A DNA stretch of 64,000 bases, taken from assembly GCA_964016885.1 (NCBI GenBank), contig OZ024743.1, positions 162,936,001-163,000,000 of the forward strand. Reading direction: 5' to 3'. A program made the position numbers and the translations under genes. The notes under the pieces were generated by a model, which did not search any database, had not been told where the DNA came from, and saw nothing but the letters and a program-made list of their open reading frames with translations. Below are positions 1-12,399 of the stretch, in pieces; the first letter of the stretch is position 1; the number at the start of each line of letters is the position of its first letter. The DNA is from Eledone cirrhosa. Lineage: Eukaryota.

Positions 1-221
1 GTTTGTCAATAAAACATGTATGTTCGTCCTTCATTTTATTTCTCTGATTTTGAAAAGTTACTTTAATGTTATGGTCTAGAAGAAAACCATTTGAAAGAAA
101 AACGAGTTGAATTGAGAATTATAGAAAAAAAGAATTTGTTTTGATAATCTTTTAAAATATGTTAATCTCAGACAGAAAAACAATGCTGAACGTGGCAGGG
201 TTTATATTAAATTTAAATGTG

Positions 222-1598
222 TACTCCTAGGTCTCGAATAATGTCCCCCCTCCGTCCCTCTCTCGGCACACGCTTATTAAATTTTGCTAATCTATCACCA
301 GTGAGATTCTATTTTAAGTGGTAGCATTCCTGATAGTATTGCCAAAAAGTATATTCATGTTTTGTCGACCTTTAGAAGGCATATGACCGCGTTCCTCGGG
401 ACCTGTTGTGGAAGGCTGTGCAGGAGTATGGGATTGATGGTCAACTTCTTGCTGCTCTGGTGTCTTTATACGAATGCCTGAGTATTTGTGTTCAGATAAA
501 TGGTGCTAAATTAAAACCATTCAATGTGGGAGTCGGACTCCACTAAGGGTGCATACTGTCACCTCTTCTGTTCATTATTTACATGAACAAGATTGACATG
601 CACATCCGGGTTGGATGTAGTATCATGACTGGCGGGTGTAAAATCAGTCGAATAATTAACTTAACAGAAGATGATCTCCAATTTGCACTTGAAAGGTTTG
701 AGGCTGGGTGCTGCATGGCTGGAATGAAAATCAGTGCTGCGAAAACAGACACTTGTCCTCACAAGGAAGCCTGCGCATTGCACTCTACATTGAATGGAGT
801 TCCACTGAAGCAGGTAGAGAAGCTCAAGTATCTCAAGGCAGTGTTCGCAAGTGATGGCAGACAGGAGGCTGAATTAAGTGCAAGAATTGCAAAAGCTGGT
901 GCAGTAATGCGCCAGCTACAGTATTCAGTAATCAGAAGAAGGGAGGTAAGCGTAAAAGCCAAACTCGCTAACTTCAATTCGGTTTTCATGCCAACTCTTA
1001 CCTATCGTCATGAATCTTGGGTAATGACCGAAAGAATTCAATCACGAAAACAAGTAGCCAAAACGAGGTTCCTTGAAAGGGTCTTTGGAGTAACGTTACT
1101 TGATAGAGTGTGTAACTTGGAGATCATAGTCACTCCAGGCAGAGCCGCTACTTTTCCAAATTGAGAGATCACAGTTCCGATACTATGGGCGTGTGGTTAG
1201 AATGTCTCAGGAAGGAATTGTTGGACAGATTTTACAGGCAAAACCAACTGGCAAGAGACCCAAGGGTAGACCCTGAGCAAGATGGTTGGATAATATCCAT
1301 GAGCTTGGCTGGTCATGCTTGGGGATCCAGCCAGATCCAACTGCATCCAGTTGGAGATGGTTGCTTCTGACAGGACCCACTAGAAGGAGTGTTTGAGGAC
1401 TCTGCCCCCATGACCCTCTCAGGCATAAGTGGGCAAAGAAAAAGAAGCAATCCTGCAACAATTAGTTTTCTTTAGACAAAAACGTTATAAATGACAAGAA
1501 ATCTCATATGTTATAAAATAAATGGATTTTAAATTGAGACAACCTAGAAAAGTTGTAAGTTTTCCACCCCCACCCCTATTATTTGGGACTTGAGAGTA
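222..1598. mobile_element. Tc1/mariner-type MITE (TA-flanked, ~20-bp TIR), interrupted by an RTE LINE
   Basis: Ends TACTCCTAGGTCTCGAATAA / TTATTTGGGACTTGAGAGTA; body matches the copies at 4036-5295 and 22792-23114. Confidence 0.75.
333..1445 (+). mobile_element. 5'-truncated RTE-clade LINE (degenerate reverse transcriptase)
   Basis: RT-like translation (GVGLH*GCILSPLLFIIYMNKID; VEKLKYL; ORF 583-1164), AAG-rich tail, near-TSD AGCATTCCTG 323-332 / AGCAATCCTG 1446-1455. Confidence 0.85.
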
Positions 1599-2452
1599 GG
1601 TTCAATTTTGCCAGAAAAACATAGGCAGGGAAGGATTTCTAAGGGTTGCAATTCTGAGGAGAAATGATTATGTTTAGTGTAGGATCTGGAGTTGAGACGA
1701 GACAGTAACTAGAGTAGATGTGGAAAGTGTATCAAGTGTGCTTCTAAGTGAACAACTATGGCATACATAAGATAAAATATGTTTGCTATTGAAAATGTCC
1801 AATCTGGAGTGGTGCTGATAGTTTTAACAAAAAGGCTCTGTTTTCATCTAATGTAGTATGCTCCAATGATAAACATGCAATATGGCTGAGTGCATAAGGT
1901 ATTGAACTACTTGCTGATAGGCCAAAGTTCAAGTCTGTTGCAAATGTTTTGTTTTTCTGGATGGAACATTTTATTATACATTTTTTCATTTCATCTAGCT
2001 TATGAAAATAGGTTTCTAATCATCAACATAATGTCTTCTTTTTTTTTTATTGATGTGTCATAGGAGGATGCAGTGCTCATATTTGTAGGTCTTCCCACAA
2101 TAGGTTGATAGCTGTAGGAAATGTGGGTGTGGATGAAACTCAAAAGGGTTGCAGTTCTTGGGCGAGAGTATATTACTGTTATCGATCCAAAACATTACTA
2201 GTTCTTATTTGATTGACCTTGGCATCATGTTAATAGTTATCCATTTAAAAATAAAGGTATCTAGATTAAATCCAGCCTGGGATGATGATGACCGTGCTTG
2301 TTGTCATGATACCTAAACAACCACTTTACAGTGTGGGCTGGGTGCTTTTGTCCATGATACCAACATGACCATACTTTTTGTAGTAATACCAACGCTCATT
2401 GAATGTGGGTGTATATATTCTATATCAAGACACTTGATCGGACTAACTGAAA

Positions 2453-3110
2453 TCTATATATAATATAAATGAGAGATGTTTATTGATTGGTTGAATCACA
2501 CGAAAACTACACACACGCACACACACACCTAAACAGAGGGAGAAGCCGTTATACAGAGAGAGATACAATTAAAATGTTAGATATTCAGAGGGAGAGAGTA
2601 ATGTCCCATGAAAGTCTAGAAACAGCTTAAACTATAGATCCTTTGATCTATAGGAAGGTTTAACAATATTGCGTCAGCGTTTATAAAGTCGTTTTAGTTT
2701 TTGATTTTACAGAACAAAGAAAAATTGATATTATTTGAAATTAATCTACCCTCCAGCTTTTATCCATATACTACTTACGGTCCATACTAACGAAGCTAAA
2801 CACTTCAGAAGCAATGTTATGCGGTATATTGCTGCGTTTCAGATGATGTCCTTTGAAGCTGAAAAAGATCATACTGACTATGGTTATTTCACATTTAAAA
2901 TCCAAGGCCAATGCTACAATTTAATAGGCAGTTTACTCCCCCAGCCTAATAAGGAAGTTTTATGATTCTTTTTTTTATGTCTCTCTCTCACACACACATT
3001 TCAGTCTCACCTCATACTGTAAACCAGACAACACATCCAATACAGTCGTTTTCTCTTTTATCCGTCTCCTCTTAACTATTCTCCCGGGTGAAGCCGAGTA
3101 CCTCAGCTAA
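2453..3110 (+). mobile_element. Non-autonomous Helitron retaining a Rep/helicase N-terminal fragment
   Basis: 5' TC after A; 3' GC hairpin CCCGGGTGAAGCCGAG then CTAA followed by T; ORF 2735-2965 (KHFRSNVMRYIAAFQMMSF...TFKIQGQCYNLIGSLLP) resembles Helitron RepHel. Confidence 0.75.
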
Positions 3111-3443
3111 TGTATAAAATATATGAGTGAAGGACTAGCAACTTCTTCCCATAGAAAACTGATATGCTACTAAAAATGTCCATGGATGATTTGAATTGCA
3201 GTACTGCATTAAACAGTAAAAATAATTGGGGGGGGGGGGGGGAATGTAAATATACACTCTAAAGATGAAGTTAATAGTCCAGAAAATGGTCTATTTAAAT
3301 CTAGTGCAGTGAAAAAATTTCTCTAAAATGTGACAGCAGCTTGAGAAGATTTTTTCCTTAGACTTCTATTGTAAATCATGTTTTTTTATATGCATTTTTA
3401 GAGAATTTAATCAATGTTGATACTATTGCTTTTTACATTTTAG

Positions 3444-3537
3444 ATATTAGATTCAATAACACATGAGATCCTTAATGAAGAAGAAACGTTTAAAACATTG
3501 TTGGACCAGTGTGAATTTATAAAAAAGTCTCTGGAAG
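3444..3537 (+). CDS. ORC2: Origin recognition complex subunit 2, internal coding exon (ILDSITHEILNEEETFKTLLDQCEFIKKSLE)
   Basis: AG/GT bounded, 94 nt, phase-compatible with the next exon; resembles the ORC2 segment LNSITEEVL..TFRSILDQ as recalled. Confidence 0.85.
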
Positions 3538-3549
3538 GTCAGTATTTCT

Positions 3550-3920
3550 GGCCCTTTTTTTGTCAGAGAAATAAAGCAACAATGCATCGTTGGATGTGCA
3601 ATGTAAATGTGTGAGAAAAGCAGAGTTTGGATGAACTGAGGGATAAGTTAGGTTTAAGAGGAATCCGAGATGGTGTGTAGGAGAGAAGATTGCGTTGGTA
3701 CGGACATGTAATGTGCATGGACAATGATCGTTAGGTGAAGAAGTGCCAGTGGAAGGAAGACACAGTAGAGATAGACAGAGAAAGACATAGGCAGAGGTTG
3801 TGAGAGCTGACATCAAATCACTGAGACTCAAAGAGGTGATGACAAAGAAACGCGGCGAGTGGATGCCGTGTTGAGAAGGACACAAACGTGGAAAAATGGA
3901 CAAAAACGATGATGATGATG
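3550..3920 (+). mobile_element. RTE-type LINE 3' fragment
   Basis: Degenerate LRWYGHVM-like coding sequence and (GAT)n tail; similar fragment near 8495-8800. Confidence 0.55.
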
Positions 3921-4199
3921 AAGTTAGTAAGAAAAGTGAGACAATACCTATAATCTTTGCCGACTGGTGAGATTAGTTTGTTTAGTTTAAACATCTTAAG
4001 GCTGATGTCTACAAAAAAAAAGAAGAAAAAAAACATTCTCTCAGGTCTCGAATAACCCCCACTCCCACTCCTTATTAAATTTTGCTAATTTATTTACACC
4101 AAAATTTTATTTTAAGTGGTAGCATTCCTGCGACAATTGATTTTCTTTAGACATTAAAAAACATACATGACAAAAAAAAGAACATTACTAGAAATGTCA

Positions 4200-5139
4200 T
4201 CTATATATATATAAAACTGTGGTTGTCTGTCTGTCTATCGATTTTTGGCACACATCTCCTCTTAGAATCTCTCACGGAATTGCACCGAAATTGCTATACT
4301 TGTACATTGAGCCCTAGCGAAGACATCGGAAAAAAAAATATTTCAAATTGACCCACCCTATATGACGAAATCGAATATAATGTATCGATTTTTGAGCGTA
4401 AGTTATCAGTTATTTCCCTTTGTTCTTGTTTACATTGAGCGTCTTACGTAAAAAAATTACGCTGACTTTAACAGTTGTCGAGCCAGCAAAATATTGACCT
4501 GCAAAATTCATCAGTTCGAACACTAAACTTCCGTTTTGCTTCATTTCCATTTAAAAGCATTTTAAAACAATATTTTTACTTGAAAACAAGCCTATTTAAA
4601 GATTACGTAAAACAAGCAAATATTTCGTCGTTAGGCGTGCAGACAGACAGTCGTGCAGAGAGGTGATATACGCGTGCAGACAGACAGTCGTGCAGAGAGG
4701 TGATATAGGCGTGCAGACAGACAGTCGTGCAGAGAGGTGATATAGGCGTGCAGACAGACAGTCGTGCAGAGAGGTGATATAGGCGTGCAGACAGACAGTC
4801 GTGCAGAGAGGTGATATAGGCGTGCAGACAGACATAACTGATAATTTGGTTACGCTAATGTTTTTCTCTGCGTTGCAGTGTTTACATTTTCGATCTTTGT
4901 TAATAAATAACCAGTGCAGTTTCTATCCCCAGCATCCTCTTTTGTTATAACATTCGGGTTATCGTTATGTTTTCTTAACTTCATAAGGCATATTGTTGGT
5001 TGAGGGAATATTAATCAAAAACACCACATGCAAGTCTGCACAGTAGACACTACAGTTTTTAAGCCAAGAAAGAAACTTAACATTGTAACTTTAACACAGC
5101 TACTGAGCGACCCCGAGCAACGCCGGGCTTTACTGCTAG
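4200..5139 (+). mobile_element. Non-autonomous Helitron with internal 37-bp tandem array
   Basis: 5' TC, 3' hairpin CCCGAGCAACGCCGGG plus CTAG, inserted between A and T with no TSD. Confidence 0.85.
4632..4833. repeat. 37-bp minisatellite, ~5.5 copies (TAGGCGTGCAGACAGACAGTCGTGCAGAGAGGTGATA)
   Basis: Directly visible near-identical head-to-tail units. Confidence 0.95.
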
Positions 5140-5552
5140 TACATTATAAAATAAATAGGATGGGTTGGGGTTTCAATATGTAAACTAAAAGACTAATTCT
5201 GTTTTTTAAAAGAACAAGGGAGACAACCTAGAAAAATTACCGATCCCAACCCTGCTTATTCCACCCCACCCCTTATTATTTAGAACCTGAGAGTAAACAG
5301 GAAAGGGGTTAATGTTCTGGGAATGAAACATTGGTTTAGTAGTTTGAGTAAGAGTGATGTGGTGACCAGAGAAGAGTCTGTTGCCTGAAAGATATTAAAG
5401 CTACAATAGTGTGTTTTTACAACCAGAAATTCTCCATAATTGCCATCCCGTTAGCTGGTGGAAATTATGTAGAGTTCTGGCTATAAAAGTGCCTGGACAT
5501 ACTAATTATGAAAGCCAGTTTTCATGTTTTTTTTTTTTTTTGTTTATTACAG

Positions 5553-5699
5553 ATGATGATAGAGATTTCTTCTTGTTAATCCACAGTATTGATGGCATCA
5601 TGTTACGCTCAGCTAAAGTCCAGAATATATTTAATTTCTTGTGTAAAATCAAGCGTTTCCATATTGTTGCTTCTGTTGATCACATTAACGCACCTCTGA
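5553..5699 (+). CDS. ORC2: ORC2 coding exon (DDRDFFLLIHSIDGIMLRSAKVQ...IVASVDHINAPL)
   Basis: Polypyrimidine tract plus AG, GT donor; ORC2 motifs LLIHxIDGxMLR and ASxDHxNAPL. Confidence 0.95.
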
Positions 5700-5958
5700 G
5701 TATGATTTTTAACTTTTCCATCATTATTGTTTTACTTCCATTTTTTACTGTTTGTGTTCATGGAAAGGTTTTTATGCTACAGTTATTGTTTTTACAGCTG
5801 AATGGTGTCCCTTGCTACTACTAACCACAAAAATGTTCCCCATTTACTAATATTTTTGGCATCATAGTTTTGTAATAGTGAATCATCAAGACTTTAAGAT
5901 TTTATATTCTAAACTGAGTGATGAAAGATTTTAGCCGCATCAATATAATGTTATAGAC

Positions 5959-6076
5959 CAGAAATGGGCAACTTTTTCTAGCAGATATATGGCCACACTA
6001 CTAAAAAAATTCAAGGTAATCTTTTGTCAGGCATGCCTTTCAGAAAGCCAAATGAGCTGCAGTTTGCCCATGACTG
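5959..6076. mobile_element. hAT (Charlie-like) MITE
   Basis: TIR CAGAAATGGGCAA / TTGCCCATGACTG with perfect 8-bp TSD TTATAGAC (5951-5958, 6077-6084). Confidence 0.85.
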
Positions 6077-7486
6077 TTATAGACACTTAACTTGAGCTGT
6101 AAATAAAGACCATGTAGAGATACAGTTTACAAATGTTTTGTTAGAATGCTGTGATGAGTTCAAATTCCACTATGGACTGTGAAATGACAACAGAAAATAA
6201 ATTCAATGTTATGTCCTTGATGTAAAGTTTTCAGTAATCCTTTAACAACCCAATGTGACATTTTTTCACTGAAAGACCTGCATTTCTATATTTGTAAAAC
6301 TATGGCTGATACTTCACAGCAAATTAAAGAAAATAATACATGAAAATATAATCAGTTTTGCTATATAGGAATGTTGGCTTGAACCCAAGTGAAATCATAA
6401 TTATTCAGTTGTAAATCACAGGTTCCTAAATAGGGTTTAAGCCCCAAATTCCTAAATATATTTCCATATATAAAATGGTTTGTTATGTACATTTTCAGCT
6501 TGCAACAATTGGGAGAGAGGAGATAGTATTGCTTGGTCTGTTGAATAGAGCTAATAAAGTTTCCTCAACAAATTCTGTACAGTCTTTAGAATAGAGCCAA
6601 CAGTAGTCAGCAGAAAGGCTGTTATGTAGTTTCTCGGTTTACAATCATAGAAGCCAAATCTTCCTCAACAACACAATACTGTATCATGTTTCAGGCCCTA
6701 AACATTATAACACTTCCATAGAAACAGTAATCAAATGCTTTATTCTATTAGGACTGATAGTCAGGTCACTTTTAAGTGTTATTGGTAACATGTAACCCAG
6801 TACAACCTGTCACATGGTCGGGTTGTCAGCAACTAAATCGGCAATTCCACTAAGTCTGCTTGGTGAGAAGGGTGATTTTGGATACCCTGCAGGATGAAAA
6901 ACAAAACCCGATAAAGGGGGGAGCAACTCATGAGTTAACAGCCATCCAATAGCTTCTCTCAGTTCAAAGACTGACCTGTGTAGTGAAAAGCCACATCAAA
7001 CATGAGGTACCTCTGATGTAGCTATCATAGGATAGTCTATCAGAACAGGTCAGATGCAGTGGAGTAATTCTCAATAAAATCCTGCTTGTCTCATTGTAAG
7101 CAGTAGCATATACAACAATCATCAGTTTAATTAGATGACCTTGGCGTTGTGAACACGAATGGCTTCGCAGATAATTGACTATTAATTCGACAATGGGTTT
7201 GCATAAATGCTCAGAGGTGTGGCGAACCGCATATATTCTAACCATTAGAAAAAGCTAAATGAATGTTTCACCTTTGATGGAGGGATGACTCAAGAAGAGA
7301 AGAGAGAGGGTCTACTCTATAACAAATACTTTATTTTATTAGGGCTAATTGGGGATCTACTCTTCAACAAATGCTTTATCCTATTAGAGATGATAATGGG
7401 GCTTCTCAATAACAAAATCCTTACCTTATTTTGGTGTGGATCATATAGTTCTTTTCTATTGATTTTGTTGTATTCTGATGTTTTAG

Positions 7487-7723
7487 TCTGGGACCATATG
7501 CACTACATGAAATACAACTGGTTGTGGTGTGATGTAACTACTTATCTGCCATACATGGAGGAAACAGCTTATGAAAATTCCTTAATGGTGCAACAAACTG
7601 GACGTTTGGAACTCAGTTCTTTGTTACATGTCATGCGTAGCTTAACATCAAATGCTAAAGGAATATTCATGCTTCTTGCTCGCTATCAGATGGAAAATCA
7701 AGCCAATGTTCAGAATTATCAAG
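7487..7723 (+). CDS. ORC2: ORC2 coding exon (WDHMHYMKYNWLW...YMEETAYENSL...SLTSNAKGIF...NYQ)
   Basis: AG/GT bounded, 237 nt; ORC2 motifs WD, NWLW, EETxYENSL, LSSLxHVxRSLTxNA. Confidence 0.96.
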
Positions 7724-8197
7724 GTAACTACATGCAACTATGTTATATGAATGTTATATTATCAGACAATTCAGCATTACTAAATATTTATTCCTGTCTT
7801 AGGCAAATGAAATATAGAAAAGATTAAGAGGGGAGGAGGACATCTACCTGTTGCCCACCTCGTGGATTGTCTCTCTGGCCGCTGGTCTCTGTCCTCTGAG
7901 GCATTTTTTCCCATTGCTAACATCAACAGTATTTGACTGTTTTAACAGCTGTTCTAGTGATGAGTTTTCTCATTTTTCTATAAATTCTGGTTTGTATGTT
8001 TTATATTGAAAATGTGATAACAGAGTTCAAATTTCATCAGAGTTAGTTGTTTAATGTAAATTGCTCTTAGATACTAAGAGCTTTTAAGAGGTTAATAATC
8101 TGAAAAATTATATTCTTAATAAGAACTCATCTCAAATATTTAAACATTTAATGTAATTTCAAGTGGGCTTTTTTACCATTTCTTTTCTAACATTCAG

Positions 8198-8316
8198 GAA
8201 TGCCCTTCCATGATCTCTATCAGCGCTGCCGAGAATCCTTTTTGGTAAACAATGATATTGCTTTACGATCTCAGCTAACAGAGTTCAGAGACCATAAGTT
8301 GATTAAGTCTAAAAAG
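8198..8316 (+). CDS. ORC2: ORC2 coding exon ([40 protein letters not shown])
   Basis: AG/GTAAG bounded; ORC2 winged-helix motif [26 protein letters not shown]. Confidence 0.96.
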
Positions 8317-9950
8317 GTAAGATTTCTTTCTGTTGATTTTATATTTGGGAATTGGCCATGCTCAGTATACAAAAAGTGGGATCCCAGGCAGGTTAATAGA
8401 GAAGAATTTCATATGTAATACATACACTTTTGATGAGTTGTAGTGCACCTGAACACTACACAATATTTTCATTATCATTATTATTATAAATAGAGCAAAT
8501 ATGCTCTGCTGGATGTGTAATGTTGACGTGCATAAAAGACAGAGCACAAGAAACTGGTTATCAGAGTTAGTTGTTGTAGTGCACAAAAGAAAACTGCAAG
8601 ATATGTGATGCATGTGAAAAATGCTAGTTGGGTGGAAAAGTGCTAAACAATGCAGGTAAAAAGAACCTGTAGAAAACAAAAATATACCTAGGCAGAAATG
8701 GTGAGGGATGATCTCAAGTGACTCAGCTTCACAAAGGAGATGACAACGAATTGCAACAAATGGAGTGACAACGTGTTAAAAATCACCCATCCTACCCATG
8801 TCAGAATTCTAGCTGTGACCATCTTTAGTATATCAGAAACTACATTGTCCAGTGTGTCCTTCTTTTCTTTAAGTGTTATTCGAGGAAGAATTGGCTGCTG
8901 TTTCTAACAAGTAGAATGGCCAAGTAGAGATACAAGTTCTCATTGGCTCTGCTTTCACTTTACAGCTCCACGGTACACCAACAAAAGAGCTTTTATATGA
9001 CCTGCTCAAAATAACAGCCAAATTCCCTTCCAACTACTGTCTTCGAAAGAACTCAATATAGTATAGTCAGTGCAGACTATAGGTATACTATGGGGTAAAT
9101 AGTAATGTGAGAAACCAGTCTTTTGTTGGTGATATCTTATGCAACCTACATGACATAGTGATGATGGCTCAGTGATGGCAACAAAATGTTCTTTCTTAAA
9201 AAGTTTATGATGTTTGACTGAGGATCTACAGAGGATCTACAATGATTAATCTATGGAAAGGCTGTTCATCCATGTTTTGTTGTTCTCACACAATAACATT
9301 ACATATCCATCGAAGTATGTTGCTTCATTTTTCTCCAGCTTTGACATGTTCTATGTGTTCACTGCCCATGTCTTGTTACCATGCAGCATCACACTTCGCA
9401 CACAGGCGTCATACAACCGAGCTTTCGTAGTCAACAGAAGTAGCAGTTCCCTAAACTTCTTCCATCCTGTCCTCATTCTTGCTACAATGCTCTTGGAGAA
9501 CCCTCATCCTCTGCTAATAATATCACCTAGGTAGTAGAAGCTATCAACCACTTCCATGGATTAGAAAAGATTTATATTATTTATTTTATTATTGTTGGCA
9601 TTCTTACTCTCAATTAACCCTGATGCACTCCTACCTGTACCTTGAATTCCTCACTTTACTTACAGCTCATCTGTACATGGCTTGCACTGTTCTTAGAAGC
9701 CACTCTTCTATACCTAGTTTCCTTAAGGACCACCAGGTGACAGATTGGGGTACTCTATCAGAGGCTTTCTTAGGTCGACAAAAGCTAGATATAGAGGCTT
9801 ATTTTTAGCTAAGAACCTCTTAAGAGTATGCCTCTATTATTCAAATTAATATTAAATTTGAATTGTAGAAAAGGAATAAATCATAGATCTACATTCAAAT
9901 GAAATATTCAGCTAATTAAATGCAACTAGTTAAATTTCTGTTTGTTTCAG

Positions 9951-10040
9951 GCTGTAGATGGTACCGAACATCTCATCATCCAACTTGATACAATCACGTT
10001 GAAAGATTACTTTGAGACAGAAAAGGCATCTTTAAACTGA
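9951..10040 (+). CDS. ORC2: ORC2 terminal coding exon (AVDGTEHLIIQLDTITLKDYFETEKASLN*)
   Basis: TTTCAG acceptor, phase 0, TGA at 10038-10040; resembles the ORC2 C-terminus (DGxExLxI); AATAAA near 10089 and 10168. Confidence 0.92.
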   Translation, partial: AVDGTEHLIIQLDTITLKDYFETEKASLN

Positions 10041-10496
10041 ACAGAGCCATCAAGTGGTTACCTTCAACTGAATATTTTAATCATTTAAAATAAAGTACCA
10101 GTAATGCACTGGGTAATTGCTGGCCTTGTGCCAAAAGAAGAAACAATTATATTTATTTATTTTGGAAGAATAAAGTATATTTTAAAATTTAAATATTTGT
10201 AAAATTAAAATATTTGTTAATTATGTAAAATCTTTAACTGACAAGCTTTTACAATTTGTCTATACTTGTATGGGTTAACTGATTAAAAAAAATACTTTTG
10301 TACAATAACTTAGCAAGTGTTTTTTACTACCAGTGTCATCTTCAAAGTTGTTTCCACCTTAGTAGATAAGTAGAGAAACTTATAAAAGAATATTAATTGA
10401 AGTTGTTATTTATTTTAAAATTACCTTGTTAGTATTTCTCGTCTCTTTTCAGTTATTAAAACAAACACTTTTTATTGGCTCTATTTCTATGTAAAT

Positions 10497-10765
10497 ATCA
10501 TCATCATCATCGTTTAACGTCTATCTTCTACGTTAGCATGGGTTAGACGGGAATTGTCCCATTTGAGGTAAGATTGGTCGAGTGACCGTGTCTCGCTCGT
10601 ATATCTGGCAGGTTTTCTACGGCTGGATGCCCTTCCTAACACCAACCACATTTACAGTGTGGACTGGGAGCTTTTTACCGTGTTACCTACACGACCACAT
10701 TACAGCGTGGACTGTTTTTTTTTTTTGTCGTGATACCTACACAACCTCATTAGTTTGGACTGGAT
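10497..10765 (-). mobile_element. SINE-like repeat with (GAT)n tail
   Basis: Reverse complement of 14130-14355 (AGGAAGGGCATCCAGCC...CCCATGCTAGC...GACGTTAAACGATGATG). Confidence 0.7.
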
Positions 10766-11669
10766 GTTGTGGTACCAACATAACTTTATAGAGAAAGGTT
10801 GGTGTTGGCGGGAGTGGAAGGATGGAGTAGGGTTAGTGGGTTGGTGTGTGTTTGGTTTGGTGGGGGGGGGGGGGGGGGGGGGCTACTGACTGTAGGTTAA
10901 CTTTGCACATTGGGAAGGCGGGTCTTCTGTATTACTGCGTGGCGCCAAAGATCTCGATCCAGTTACATTGTCTTAGAGAGGTGCAAGGTCGGAATTTATC
11001 ATGTCGTCCCAGGTTTTTCTTGGTCTACCTACTCCGTAACTTCCATCAATTTTGATCGCCCTGCAATTTTTTATACAGCTGTCGTCTTTCATAAATATAT
11101 TAAATTAATATTTCTGGTGATGGAACAGCAGAATGACTGACAATGAGATGTATCATTTAGTTATATTCCTTCAAATTCTGAGTTTAAAACCTACTGAAGT
11201 TAACTTTGCTTTTCTTCATGTAGGGTTAATAAAATAAACTACCATGATTTTACTATATCCCATACACCCAATACTTCTAGCCTAATTATAATTAGTGTTA
11301 TTACATCACAAGACTCAGTCTTGTGCTACATTCCTGCCAATATAAACTTAGTTAATTCTCCACTAGACCTTTCCTAATTGCAGTTGGTGGAGTAGGGAAC
11401 TTGAGTAAAACCAGAATTTCCTTTCCACAAGAATGTTTATATATTTTAAATTAGATAAGTTCCAATATTTCCTTTTACCATGCAGATATGTAACTAAATG
11501 TCTCCTCTTGTATTCACTACCTTTATAGTAAAGAGTCACAATATACTGAAGCTTATCCTTTTGTTTAGTCCCAGGTGAACTCTGACTGAGCAAACCTATG
11601 ATCAAAGCCACAAGCATTTCATCATTTATTCAATGTGGTTTGGAGAATGTTTGGTTACTATTTCACATA

Positions 11670-12150
11670 GGCCTGAATGCCAGTCACTTCGCACGTCACA
11701 CAGAGCTAAACCTCATTCTCAAGAGAGCTTTGGCCCAGGCAAACATCCCCTGTCTTGGAACCATCTGGGTTGTCCAGAAGTGACAGCAAAAGACCTGACA
11801 GCCTTACCCTGTGCCCCTGGTCTTACCTTGTGTGGGACGTCACGTTAGTGACTCTTTTGCTCTCTCCCACATCCTGGATGCTGCGGTTAGGATGAGAGCC
11901 ACAGCTGCCGCAACTGAGCGTAATAAGACCCTCAAATACTCTGATCTGTCAGCCAGCTACCTTTTTCAGCCTGTGGCTTTCGAGAAGTTTTGAGGAGTCA
12001 GGCCACTGACTGCGAGGTTCCTCTCTTCAGTGTCGGCTCGCCTAATAGAGGTAACTGGCGAATCAGGCGAGAGCACTTGGCTGTTCCAGCGCATCAGCCT
12101 CGCCATCACCCAAGGCAACGCTGCGAGTGTGCTGGCTTGCCTCAAAAGTC
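11670..12150 (+). mobile_element. Degenerate CRE-like non-LTR retrotransposon fragment (restriction-like endonuclease)
   Basis: RHTELN..LKRAL, KRPD, WDVT, KTLKYSDL..YLFQPVAFE, WLFQRISLAI across frames; paralogous to 31830-32822. Confidence 0.7.
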
Positions 12151-12399
12151 ATTAGAGAGGTCGCCCAGTACCCCTTGTTGCTGTCTTTTGCTTTAGTTAG
12201 CATGTTCCAATAACTTAGAGCAGTCTCTATAAACAGTTATATGAAATGAGACAGCAAAAGTATTAATGTTGATGACATGATAAAATGCACCCTGTATAAA
12301 GAAAAGCATTTAGCTGTAGAAACCAAGCCAAAATATGGAACATGAGCAAAATGTGGTTATTTAATCATATTGACCTCCCTACTAAAGTCTATGCTAAGT

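Larger units (their letters stand above)
4036..5295. mobile_element. Second copy of the TA-flanked MITE, interrupted by a Helitron
   Basis: TIRs CTCTCAGGTCTCGAATAA / TTATTTAGAACCTGAGAG; halves rejoin to match the uninterrupted copy at 22792. Confidence 0.75.

Noticed and set aside
4632-4833. 37-bp repeats of CRISPR-like length
   Set aside because: Head-to-tail with no unique spacers, no cas genes, eukaryotic context, inside a Helitron.
5411-8418. ORF-track proteins of 137, 180 and 72 aa as standalone genes
   Set aside because: Each is an ORC2 exon extended into intron sequence; splice sites define the true coding parts.
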